Origin: Octopus sinensis
Lineage: Eukaryota
Length of the DNA stretch: 64,000 nucleotides
Assembly: GCF_006345805.1 (NCBI RefSeq)
Contig: NC_043008.1
Span: forward strand, 43,524,001-43,588,000
Direction: 5' to 3'
The notes under the pieces were generated by a model, which was not told the DNA's origin, made no database searches, and saw only the letters and a list, made by a program, of their open reading frames with translations. Both the position numbers and the translations under genes were made by a program. Of the stretch, positions 24,402 to 35,809 are shown piece after piece. Each line of letters starts with the position of its first letter. Positions within the stretch are counted from its first letter, which is position 1.

Positions 24402-25841
24402 TGTGTGTGTGCGTGTGTGTGTGTGTGTGTGAATTTGTGAAACTCCCCGAGTCAGCTAAATAGTTCTGGGGTCAACACAGTAATGGCTCTTGTCCCTGTG
24501 AATCAGCATCAAGGCTCGTAACAGCTTAAGAAATATTATGTAACTATATAACTCAGCAGTGAGTTGTTTTGAATGGAAAATCTCAGAATAGAAAAGGGGA
24601 GAAGCTTCAATTTGACTAAATGAATATCTGTATGAGAAGTAAGTATGACCGTGATGGTACATAGCTTAGTGTACCATCATGACTGAAGCAAGTAAAGAAA
24701 TAAAGGAAATAAAGGAATATATATACATATATATATATATATATCATCATCATCATCATCATCGTTTAAAGTCCGCTTTCCATGCTAGCATGGGTTGGAC
24801 GGTTCAACTGGAGTCTGGGAAGCCAGAAGACTGCACTAGGCCCAGTCTGATCTGGCAATGTTTCTACAGCTGGATGCCCTTCCTAACGCCAACCACTCCG
24901 TGAGTGTAGTGGGTGCTTTTTACGTGCCACCGACACAGGTGCCAGGGGAGGCTGGCAGCGGCCACAATTGGTTGGTGCTTTTTACATGCCACCAGCACGG
25001 AGGCCAGGCAAGGCTGGCAATGGCCACGATCGGATGGTGTTTGTTACATGCCACCGGCATGGAGGCCAGTCGATGCAGCGCTGGCTACGGCCATGTTCAG
25101 ATGGTTCTCTTATGTGCCACCAGCACTCAGCGCTTGCCGCCGGCACTCAGCGCTTATATATATATATATCAAAGGCTGGTTAATTGGCAGCTCATTACAG
25201 CTGTTTCTTACATAATTTTTAATAGAAGAATGAGAACATTCCATCATTATAAAAGACTAATCATCAGATGAGAAGTAATTTTAGAAAATAAAATAGTTTA
25301 CAGGAATACAGCAGGGATATGTCTGTTGAGGCTAAGCTACGAATGGGAGAAACATGCACACACACACCACACACACACACACACACACCACACACTCACA
25401 CACACACTCACACACAGATGGTTCAAATGTACAGAAAACAAAAGCCAGACATGTGAGGGAACAACAAGCAGATGTTTGACACTTGGGAAAAATGGAAAAG
25501 ACTTTAGGGTTTTGAGCCTACAGACTTCATCAGGGAGGGATGAGAGGAATAGAATGGAGGGGAGAAAAAAAATGTGTTAACCCTTTTGTGTATTTATTTG
25601 AAATAATACTTTGTGTTTCTTTCAATTACCTTAAATATAACAAAAAATTTAGTAAAATAACTTAGTTATCGTTCATCTAGTGTAAGGAACATTAATTGTG
25701 ACTAAGTTTTGGTGGACGATTTTAATTCAAAACTTACGAAAACAAGACATTTGTACTACAGAGCCAGAGGTGGTTTCAGCCAGGTTGGTAACGAAAGGGT
25801 TAAGATTAATGGATTGACATGCATGGAAAATATTGAACAAA

Positions 25842-26260
25842 GCGCAGGAGTGGCTGTGTGGTAAGCAGCTTGTTCACCAACCACATGGTCCCGGGTTCAG
25901 TCCCACTGCATGGCACTTTGGGCAAGTGTCTTCTACTGTAGCCTCAGGCCGACTAATGCCTTGTGAGTGGATTTGGTAGACGGAAACTGAAAGAAGCCTG
26001 TCGTATATATGTATATATATGTATGTGCGTGTATGTTTGTGTGCCTGTATTTGACCCCCTAGCATTGCTTGACAACCGATGCTGGTGTGTTTATGTCCCC
26101 GTTACTTAGTGGTTTGGCAAAAGAGACCGATAAAATAAGTACTGGGCTTACAAAAGAATAAGTCCCAGGGTCGAGTTGCTCGATTAAAGGCGGTGCTCCA
26201 GCATGGCCGCAGTCAAATGACTGAAACAAGTACAAGAGAGTAAAAGAGAGTAAAAGAGAG
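25842..26260 (+). mobile_element. tRNA-derived SINE family A (full length)
   Basis: Same head, body and tail as 1134-1536. Confidence 0.9.
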
Positions 26261-26289
26261 ATATGCCAATAAAATGTCTAAGAAGCACT

Positions 26290-26970
26290 GGCTATTGTCA
26301 AATGAATTCCAGTTCCAACATCCAAAGAAGATTTTGCAGTGCATTTAGTGGAATACAATAGACATTGTTCACTTTGAATTATTGGAAAAAGGGAAAAGTA
26401 TCACCACAGAATTCTATTTTGCCAACAACTTGAATGTGTCTATCAACTTTTGCTCAAAACAACAATCAGATCCTGTCAAGGGAGAGGAACTCATCCTGCA
26501 ACATGATAAATAATTTCAAATTTTGGCACAAGGCCAGTTGTTTTTGAGGGGAATGACTAGTCAATTACATCGACCCCACTACTTGACTGGTACTTGTTCT
26601 ATCAACCCCTAAAAGATAAAAAGTAAAGTCAAGCTTGGCGGAATTTGAATTCTACAACATAATGCATAGTCGCATTCAGTGAAGATAAGCTAAAATTTTT
26701 TAAAAAATGGATAAAATCATTGGGCGAGGAAGCTCTGTCTCACCCTCTTTAATCACCAGACCTAGTGCCATCTGATGTTTACTTATTTAGATCACTTGGA
26801 CATTTTACCAGTGGAAAACCATTCAAAAGCAGAGACAGTTTTGAAACACCATAAACATTTTCTTTTCTGAAGAATCTAAATTTTTGCCTGAGAAATCAGA
26901 AAAACTGGTTTAGAAATGGTAAAAATGCTATTCCTTATGATGGCAATTATATTTTGAAGGAATAAATATA
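26290..26970 (+). mobile_element. Decayed mariner transposase, interrupted by a SINE
   Basis: KKILQCI-WN...ILQHD and HP-SPDLVPSDVYLFRSL motifs. Confidence 0.8.
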
Positions 26971-28357
26971 TTTACGATATGAATTATGATAATTTGAACT
27001 CATTACTCAAAATGCAACATTACTTTTTGGTAGCTCTGATATAACAAAGGAAAAGATTCAAAATAATTAATGATTTAAGCTGATTAATAACTTACATTTT
27101 GTCTGCAAGAATTCGTCTCTTGTTCCTTTTTTCCTGTCTTTTCATGTCACTCCCTCACTTTGTTTACACATACACAAATCCATATATTTACAAATGCATG
27201 TATGTATGTATATATACATACATACACACATATATATTGTGAGAGAGAGAGAGAGCAAGAGTGGGAGAGAAAGAGAGAGAGAGAGAGAGATAAATAGATA
27301 GATGAATTCTTTTCTATTTTAGGCACAAGGCCTGAAAGTTTTGGGGAGGTGGCCAGTCAATTAGATCGTCCCCCAGTATGCAACTGGTACTTAATTTATC
27401 AACCCCGAAAGGATGAAAGGCAAAGTCGACGTCAGCAGAATTTGAAACCAAGATGTAAAGGCAAATAAAATACTGCCAAACATTTCGCCTGGCATGCTAA
27501 CGTTTGTCAGCTCGCCGCCTTAAATGGACAGATTGACAGACAGACAGACAGGTATTGAAAATCAGGATAAAGGGATAAACACTGATCAAAAGAGACAAGG
27601 TAATTCCAAACCAATGAAAGGCAGAGAGAGACAAGTCGGCAGTTGTTTGTAACTGTGAATGTTTCCAAATAAAGCCAAATAAAATTTTGCTAATTTAAAC
27701 CTAATTAAAACCAGGATGACAATTAATTCTGCTCTTAATGATCTTTACTAATTATGTGTAATATCAAAGAGTTAAATGATGTATAAAGAAATTAGGATGT
27801 TCACATTGTGCTCCAATAACGAACAATTACACACGCACATACACACACACACACGCACACACACACACACACACACACGCACACACACACACACAACACA
27901 CACACACACAAAGACACACACACATAATGAAATGTACTGTGATGGGACTCAACTAAAAAAGTACTCCATCTGGTGAGAGATTAATATTATTTATTTGAAG
28001 GATACAATACATGTTTTTAAGTGCTGCTAATAGTTTCATATGTTGAGAGATACTCAACCATATAATCATCAGGCACAAACCACATATCCTAACGAATTAA
28101 AAATTGAATGGGAGAAGAAACGTGAAAAGTTGGGTACAAAGCATATAGGAAATGTGGTCAGTAAATTTCATTTACGAATATATATTTTTCAGAAAGTTAT
28201 GAGAAAATAAATTTGGAGACGGATTGGGGCATCAAACTGTAGTTATGCCTCAAATGTCTGCGGTTGTGTGCCGGCGGAATTCTAGTTTAAGCACCCCTAT
28301 AACCCGTCATAACTTTTTTAGTTTTTGGAATTTTCAAAAAATCTTTTCAACTTAGTC

Positions 28358-28731
28358 TTCTGGAATGGAAGCACTCCGTCGGTTACGACAATGAGGGTTC
28401 CGGTTGATCCGATCAACGGAACAGCCTGCTCGTGAAATTAACGTGTAAGTGGCTGAGCACTCCACAGACACGTGTACCCTTAACGTAGTTCTCGGGGATA
28501 TTCAGCGTGACACAGAGAGTGACAAGGCCGGCCCTTTGAAGTACAGGTACAACAGAAACAGGAAGTAAGAGTGAGAGAGTACAGCAGGGATCACCACCAT
28601 CTCCTGCCGGAGCGTCGTGGAGCTTTAGGTGTTTTCGCTCAATAAACACTCACAACGCCCGGTCTGGGAATCGAAACCGCGATCCTACGACCGCGAGTCC
28701 GCTGCCCTAACCACTGGGTCATTGCGCCTCC
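28358..28731 (-). mobile_element. tRNA-derived SINE family C
   Basis: Head GGAGGCGCAATGACCCAGTGGTTAGGGCAGCGG...GGTTTCGATTCC; flanked by acttagt repeats. Confidence 0.85.
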
Positions 28732-28931
28732 ACACTTAGTGTTCTACACACCAGAATTCACACGACTATATATATAGGTGTGATTTAAGGGCGCTTTAGC
28801 TGTTGTTTTTAGCACATTCCACAACCATCTGATACCGCCTTCGTCTCTTTGTCACTGGCATTTATTGATGTTTTACAATATTTTTCTCCCCATAAACACA
28901 CTTAATAGAATGATGATGCACCCAAAAGTTG

Positions 28932-29168
28932 GGTACTCCTTAAGAAGAGTGGTCCCGGTGCGCGCACTCGCGTATACTCGCGCTAGCTAGTCGTGACTAG
29001 TCGATCCTTACTTTGTGTTTTTGTGTTCTATTTGCTTTGTTTAAAAAAATTAAACAATTTTTTTACTTTGCTAGGTAGTCGTTGTAGGTTCGACTAGTCA
29101 CGACTAGCTAGTGCGGATGCGCGAGTACGTGGGTGCGCGCACCGGGACCACTCTTCTTAAGTAGAACC
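28932..29168. mobile_element. 237-bp long-TIR MITE with 9-bp TSD (Mutator-like), copy 1
   Basis: GGTACTCCTTAAGAAGAGTGGTCCCGGTGCGCGCAC... long inverted arms; TSD caaaagttg at 28923-28931 and 29169-29177. Confidence 0.85.
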
Positions 29169-29324
29169 CAAAAGTTGTTGGGATTTTAGTAAAAAATTCG
29201 GACTGTTCGTATTTTAAACTCCGATTTCTAAAAAGAGTTCGTAAGAGAGTGGCAATTTGCAGGATTTATGGGGGTGAGGTGTGGGGTGGATTTAAATATC
29301 TAGAAAAAAAAAGCTATTCTGCTA

Positions 29325-29520
29325 TGGTTATATTGGAAGAAAGAAGACAAGAATGTCGTGGATGAAGAGTTTGGCGAAGAACGCAAATGCATGGACGATA
29401 TATCAGAAGCTGGTTGGACAAAAAGGGAGAAGGCAGCTGGGGAAGTGGCGATTAATCGGGAAGACTTTCGTTGCCATGCCATCAATGCGATGCAGGCGTA
29501 TGATACACGATGATGACGAA
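29325..29520 (+). mobile_element. RTE-clade LINE 3' end fragment
   Basis: GRKKTRMSWMKSL...VAINREDFR-like C-terminus followed by a gatgatgac tail. Confidence 0.55.
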
Positions 29521-29601
29521 GCAAACAGGGTCATGAAGAGGACACCAGCTCTTTGCTACAAGTGTGGTAGGGGCGTAAAATTTCCTCTTTCTTATCATAC
29601 C

Positions 29602-30006
29602 TATTTCTTTATTGCCCACAAGGGGCTACACGCGGAGGGGACAAACAAGGACAGAGAAACAGATTAAGTCGATTATACCGATACAGTGCGTAACTGGTAC
29701 ATATTTAATCGACCCTGAATGGATGAAAGGCAAAGTCGACCTCGGCGAAATTTGAACTCAGAACGTAGCGACAGGCGAAATACCTACTTCTTTACTACCC
29801 ACAAGGGGCTAAACACAGAAAGGATAGACAAACGGATTAAGTCAATTATATCGACCCAGTGCGTAACCGGTACTTATTTAATCAACTCCGATAGGATGAA
29901 AGGCAAAGTCGACCTCGGCGGAATTTGAACTCAGAACGTAACGACAGACGAAATACCACTAAGCATTTCGCCCGGCGTGCTAACGGTTCTGCCAGCTCGC
30001 CGCCTT
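29602..30006 (-). mobile_element. Tandem dimer of SINE family B
   Basis: Two successive family B bodies. Confidence 0.85.
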
Positions 30007-30488
30007 CGAGGAACAAAACTAATCGATATCAGAATGCGGTGTTGACAAGCATGATCTGGAATGTAATCTGCGCCCAAGAATGTTAGGAGCCGGAACTAAT
30101 ATCAGAGGATACTATTAAGCAGTGCTCCACCCTCTCTGCCGACGCACCTGCTTCTATAACATCACTTATAATAATAAACCAATGAATGAATGAAAGCAGG
30201 ACAGACTTATCTCCCCTTGCCACTGTTGTACATTACACGACATAAATAAACATGTTGTAACACGCACCCGCACACACATATTTATAGATATATACACAAA
30301 TATATGTATATACATACATGTATGTATATAGTAACGTTCACCAAGTGTTCCCTATTATAAACAATACAAGGCATGGCGGTCCATTTTAAGTTGAATTCTT
30401 CAAAACGTAAGTAATATTTCGTTTGGAGTTATAATTTGGTTTTAAAACTGTGCCTTGGACCCTAATACAGAACAAACTATACATATAC

Positions 30489-30538
<50 letters not shown>

Positions 30539-31624
30539 TATATATATACATAATATATATATATATATATATGCATGTATATGTATATATACATATATAC
30601 ACATATATGTATATATATGTATTATAAGTTCAGCAAAAATTTAGATTCAGATGAATATGGTACTTAAGTTAAGGGCACCAGAATTTGGTATGGTTTTATC
30701 CATATAAATCAAATGGGGTAATTATAATCAAAATAAGCAACAAGGATATCCAAAGGTAGTGTAGTACAATCGTTACAGTATATATATATATATATATATA
30801 ATATAATATAATATATGTGTATGTATGTATATACATATGTTTGCATATATAATTTATTTGCCAAGTTATTCGGGTTTTAATTTTAAATAACCTAATGTTG
30901 TTTGTAAATAAATTTAGTAGCGATCTTTTTTGTAAATGAAGGTTTAATGTTTGGTTTGAAATTATTGGAAAGTAAGCGTAAATAGTTGAAATTGTTTTGT
31001 TTGTTATTTTCTTTTCTTGTTGGTAGTATTTAACCCCTGGTCAGTCCCTGGAAGTACACAAACCCATGATCAAAGGCGATCAAACTTGGACCATCTCCCT
31101 CCCGTCTTTTACTTGCACGTAATACACACACACACAGCAATTTCATTATTATATATATCTTGGACTATAGTACGGTACTTTAATGAACCATTCCTCTTTT
31201 TATTACCTTAAGCTGATGTGTGATTTAAGGGAGATTTAGCTGCTATTTCTAGCAAATTTATACTTATGATTTAATTTTTTTCTTCTCTAATTAGACTTAT
31301 TAATTAAAAGGGAAGCTTTATTAGAACTGAGAAATCGAAAATTAGTTTTGCCTGGTAAAAATGGTTGCTTCCTTACAAGAGACATTTGGTAGGGTGGATC
31401 TTATTTAGGCAGCACGGATGTGTTTTGGGGGGTTCCGTGGATTCCCATAGCACCTTCTTCTTCAAACAGCAATATATTGTTTATTTATTAATTAACGAGT
31501 GAACGGAAATTGCAAAAAATAATGATACTAAATGCTGGATTCGAAACATCGATATAACTGCTGTTTACAAACGCACACATGTGTATGAATGTGTGTATAT
31601 GTATATATATATATATATTATATA

Positions 31625-31861
31625 GGTACTACTATATATATTATATAGGTCCCGGTGCGCGCACTCGCGTACTCGCGCTAGCTAGTCGTGACTAGTCGAT
31701 CTTTACTTTGCGTTTTTGTGTTTTATTTACGTTGTGAAAAAAATTATTTATTTTGTGTTTTATTTACTCTGCTAGGTAGTCGCTGTAGGATCGACTAGTC
31801 ACGACTAGCTGGGGCGAGTATGCGAGTGCGCGCACCGGGACCCCTCTTCTTAAGTAGTACC
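31625..31861. mobile_element. 237-bp long-TIR MITE with 9-bp TSD (Mutator-like), copy 2
   Basis: Same family; TSD tattatata at 31616-31624 and 31862-31870. Confidence 0.85.
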
Positions 31862-31892
<31 letters not shown>

Positions 31893-32407
31893 CTGCCAGG
31901 TTTTTTTTTTGTCAAGTGTTCCTTGTGAAATACTTTCATTTTGCATTATTGCGTTTCCATTTTAATTAAAAAGGTGTTAGAACTCAGCCATAAACACAGG
32001 TGTGTGTATATATGTAAAACGGGCAAGCAATGGAAATGTTAGTCCTGGTGAAATACCGAAGTCTGTGACGTGGGTCTGTTTCCATGTTTTGGTATTGACA
32101 CGTGCGTGTGTGTATAATTACTACACCGCCATCACAGGATTCCAGTTATTTATTATCCAGCCCAGGATCTCGAGTAGATGCCAACAGAAAGAGTAAAACT
32201 TGTAAAAAATCCGAGCATAACTAGTTTGATTTTTTTGACTCCTGATTTAATAATAAGAATTCATTTTGTTTCCAAATGAAATTTTGCGGAGATACTTCCT
32301 CCATGGTTTAAAAACAGACGATGATTTAGGTTCTGTTTGTAGGGGCTTATTTGTATATATGTGTGCATTTCTCTGTGCATATTATATATCTTTAGAGTGT
32401 GTGTCTG

Positions 32408-32464
<57 letters not shown>

Positions 32465-32466
<2 letters not shown>

Positions 32467-32865
32467 ATCTTTTCGGTTTGAACGGCAGTTTTTTAAAATA
32501 ATTTCCACGTAACTAAACACTTTAAAACTTTATATACTGGTAGAATGTGTTTATAAAACATCTTTTTCTCTTGGCTTTATTGAGAAAATTCTATAGTTTG
32601 TAAGATATTTGTTGTTTTTTTTTCTGCAATTTCAACCAATCAATGACGTCTATTAAGGTGAAAACATTCTGTGCCGTATGAATATGCCCCTCGTTTAAGA
32701 AACAGATTGGGTTTATTTACATTTCTGAAGAAAAAAAGATACCCTTCCCCCCACCCCTAACCCTAAAACATTGAAATGCAATAGATCGATACTAGGGTCA
32801 TAATTATGGGTGACAATTTTATATGACACTGCTAGAAAAAATTTCCGTTCAAACCGAAAAGATCC
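32465..32865. mobile_element. ~400-bp MITE inserted in (TA)n
   Basis: TIRs GGATCTTTTCGGTTTGAACGG / CCGTTCAAACCGAAAAGATCC. Confidence 0.8.
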
Positions 32866-33349
32866 TCTATATATATATATATATATTATATATATATATA
32901 TATATATAGTGAATTAGGAGGGATATCTTATGAGTTGGGTTCCAGATGTCGACTGGAACCACAACGGTCGGTATCCAATGTCTGTGTTTGTAATACTTTG
33001 TTAGTCACTCATTGTAATATGCTCTTATATAGCAATAAAATAAATTTTGTGGATGTACAAGTCTCCATACTCCTTATTGTTATTATATACTTTTATATAT
33101 ATATATATGTATACAATATATAACAAGTTATATACGTAGCCACCTTTCGGACGGACTCTACTGTGATTTTTTAACCCCAAGAGGATATCTCCTCTAGCTG
33201 GTTAACAATGCAGAGTTGCATCCAATAAATTGTGGGCAGGGGAACGAACCCTCACCACCGTCTAGCGATGGGACCAGCAGACTGGTCCTGGTTTCGGGCT
33301 ATTTCTGCCACTCTTCACTACTGGATACCTCATCTACTAGGGATGTATT

Positions 33350-35085
33350 CTTCATTATGATAATATTTATTGGACATAGAGAGGACAACACAGGACATCA
33401 CAAACAAAAAGTGTTCATGGGTTCATAAATGAGTTTTAAAAATATGATGATGTATTTAAAACCTTGGCTCTGAAGTCCTACGGTTCAGATTAAGCAGAAT
33501 CATTCACTCCCAACTTTCATCCCTCATCCTTCCATCTTTTCCCGTATACACCTCGCAACAGGCGTCTTTTCTCCAGCCCTATCATGCTCTTCAGATGATA
33601 TCTGAAGTAGTGTAACCAGTCCGAACTAAACTCCAAGCAACTTAACAGGACTTTCCATCCAGTGCCCCACGACACTAGACAGTATCGCCTTGCCTTTCCA
33701 GGGGCCGAGCTGCAAGCTAATGGACTTGGGCTTGTTAATGTTTGCCCCTGCCACTGCCTCGTATCATTTGATAGCCTCCTCTACACAAGGTAGCTGAGCT
33801 TATCAGACACGGTGATGGTGATGTCATCTGCATACGCAGAAACAGACTCACCACATCTTAGTTCATTGGGGATGCTCCCACAAACTCTCCAGCCTCCGTA
33901 GAAATGACTCAAGAGCCAGTGCATATAGAAGCGGAGACAGGGGGCACCCCTGATGAACCGAACGCTCGATGCTAAATGGCACCGACAGGTAACCGTTCAT
34001 CTGGACTGTACATTTAATGCCGCCATAAATGGCAGTGATCCAACTACGGAAACCTGGGCCTAGCCCAGCTGCGTCAAAGACTGCCGCAGATACTAATGAT
34101 CTACCCTCTCTAAGGTGTAGCACAAGAGATGGAAATTGTCCTGGATCAACCTGCCTGCGATGGCGCATGTCTGCGCCTTCTAAACAAGTTTCTCCATGAC
34201 ACGTGCCAACCTCTTAGCTAGCACCTTGGCCAAAATCTTTAACTCTACGTTAGGTAGATTATGGGCCTAAAATTACTAATATAGTCCCCCTTGCTTGGGT
34301 CTTCACTCCCTAACTCACAGAGCTGGGGATCCTTCCATTCTGCTGCTAGTTGGTGTAGATGCAGGCCAGCAAGTACCCAAACAAGTCCAGTATACTGCAA
34401 TAAAATTCATAGGGCAGACCATCCAACCCTGGCAATGTGTCCCTGGTGCACTCAGCCAGCACCTTTTTGAACTCCGCAGTCGTAATCGGTCTTTCAGAGC
34501 ATTCCGCCTCCCGTGCTGAGAGTCGTGGCCTGCCAGTGATGGGCTCCCCACAGTCCAGCCTGCCACGCTCCCTGAGCAACTGAGCAAAATGCGTGAAAAG
34601 CCTTTTGCATCGCCTCCTATCCTTCCATTGAACACCCATGTTCGTCCATTAAAGACTTGATAGAGGCTTCTCTGCCTCTCTACACAATGTGCCCATCCAG
34701 CAATGTTAATACTCTCTCTCCCACCGCATGAAGTTTAGCTCTGACCCTACACCCTTTGTGTTTGGCTTTGAGATGTAGGTATAAAACTGCTTTCGCTGCC
34801 ACCACTCTGGATGCAGAACCAGACTCCATGGTTTCATCTAATTCCTTAGTTAAAGCCCCTTCTATTCTAGTCTTATCTAGACTTAACTGTTTGCTAAATC
34901 TAATAGACTCAGAACGAATAGCTCGTTTGAGGGCACACCACCACCTATTATTAATAATGGCACCAGTTAATGCCCTCTGCACTAACTCCTTAACCTGGGC
35001 ATGGAAGGTTTTACAAATCAAAATAGACTTGTTCATGTTATTAGTCCACGCCCACTATAAAACGAGCAGTTCACCCAGTCTATAA
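33350..35085 (-). mobile_element. Degenerate L1/Tx1-clade ORF2 (reverse transcriptase) fragment
   Basis: TPGLDGLPYEFY, QGCPLSPLLYALALE and YADD motifs; frameshifts; AATAAA near the 3' end. Confidence 0.9.
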
Positions 35086-35330
35086 CGGTCTACTACGCAC
35101 ACACATAACAGGCTTTATTCAGTTTTCGTCTAGCAAATCCTCTTACAAGGCTTTGGTCGAACTGAGGTTATAGTAGAAGACACTTGTCCAAGGTGCCACA
35201 CAGTGGGACTGAACCTCAAACCATGTATTTGGGAAGCAAGCATCTTACCTCACAGCCACTCCTGCCCCTTATTTATTTTTTTATTCATGTATCTATTTAT
35301 TATTTTTTTTTGCTCTCGTTGCAGGTTAAA

Positions 35331-35375
35331 ATGCTTGATGTTACAGCAAGTATTTCTGCCAGTTTTGTTCTCTAG
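35331..35375 (+). promoter_or_regulatory. Out-of-frame uORF overlapping the upstream LIG3 ATG
   Basis: aaaATGc at 35331, [14 protein letters not shown], starting 7 nt before ATG 35338. Confidence 0.55.
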
Positions 35376-35809
35376 GACTCTAATAAACAAACTTTATCGC
35401 AGCCCCTTTGCTTTTACGAGGCAGGGGTTTCCATTTTACCGTGCAGCAGCTTTTTACCTCAATCCTTTGCTTAGCTCTTTGGATTTGAATTCCATTCCTC
35501 TCCAGCTTCTGCCTTCACGAATAATGGCCGAGAACAGATTCATTGTGGTGTATGCCAAGCTGGGCACATCCAGCTGCAAGAAATGCAAGACCAAAATTGA
35601 AAAGGCTGCTTTGAGGATTGGTAAAGTGGTACCGAATCCTTTCTCTGATGATGGAGGCGACATGAAGCAATGGTACCATCCCTCTTGTATCTTTGAAACA
35701 TTTCTTCGAGCAAGGCCTACCACCAAGATTATCGAAGAAGCTGAAGACCTGGATGGATTTCAAGATTTGCAACAAGACGATAAGGATGCTGTTAACGACT
35801 TAATTAAAG
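35338..35809 (+). CDS. LIG3: LIG3 coding exon 1: mitochondrial-type leader plus PARP zinc finger
   Basis: Acceptor ttgcag ends at 35324; ATG 35338 is in frame with ATG 35524 (MAENRF...); donor AAAG|gtactt, phase 1. Confidence 0.92.

Noticed and set aside
28650-28731. tRNA-like heads (also about 42930-43000, 51940-52010, 62790-62865)
   Set aside because: They are SINE 5' regions continuing into SINE bodies, without a proper acceptor stem or terminator.
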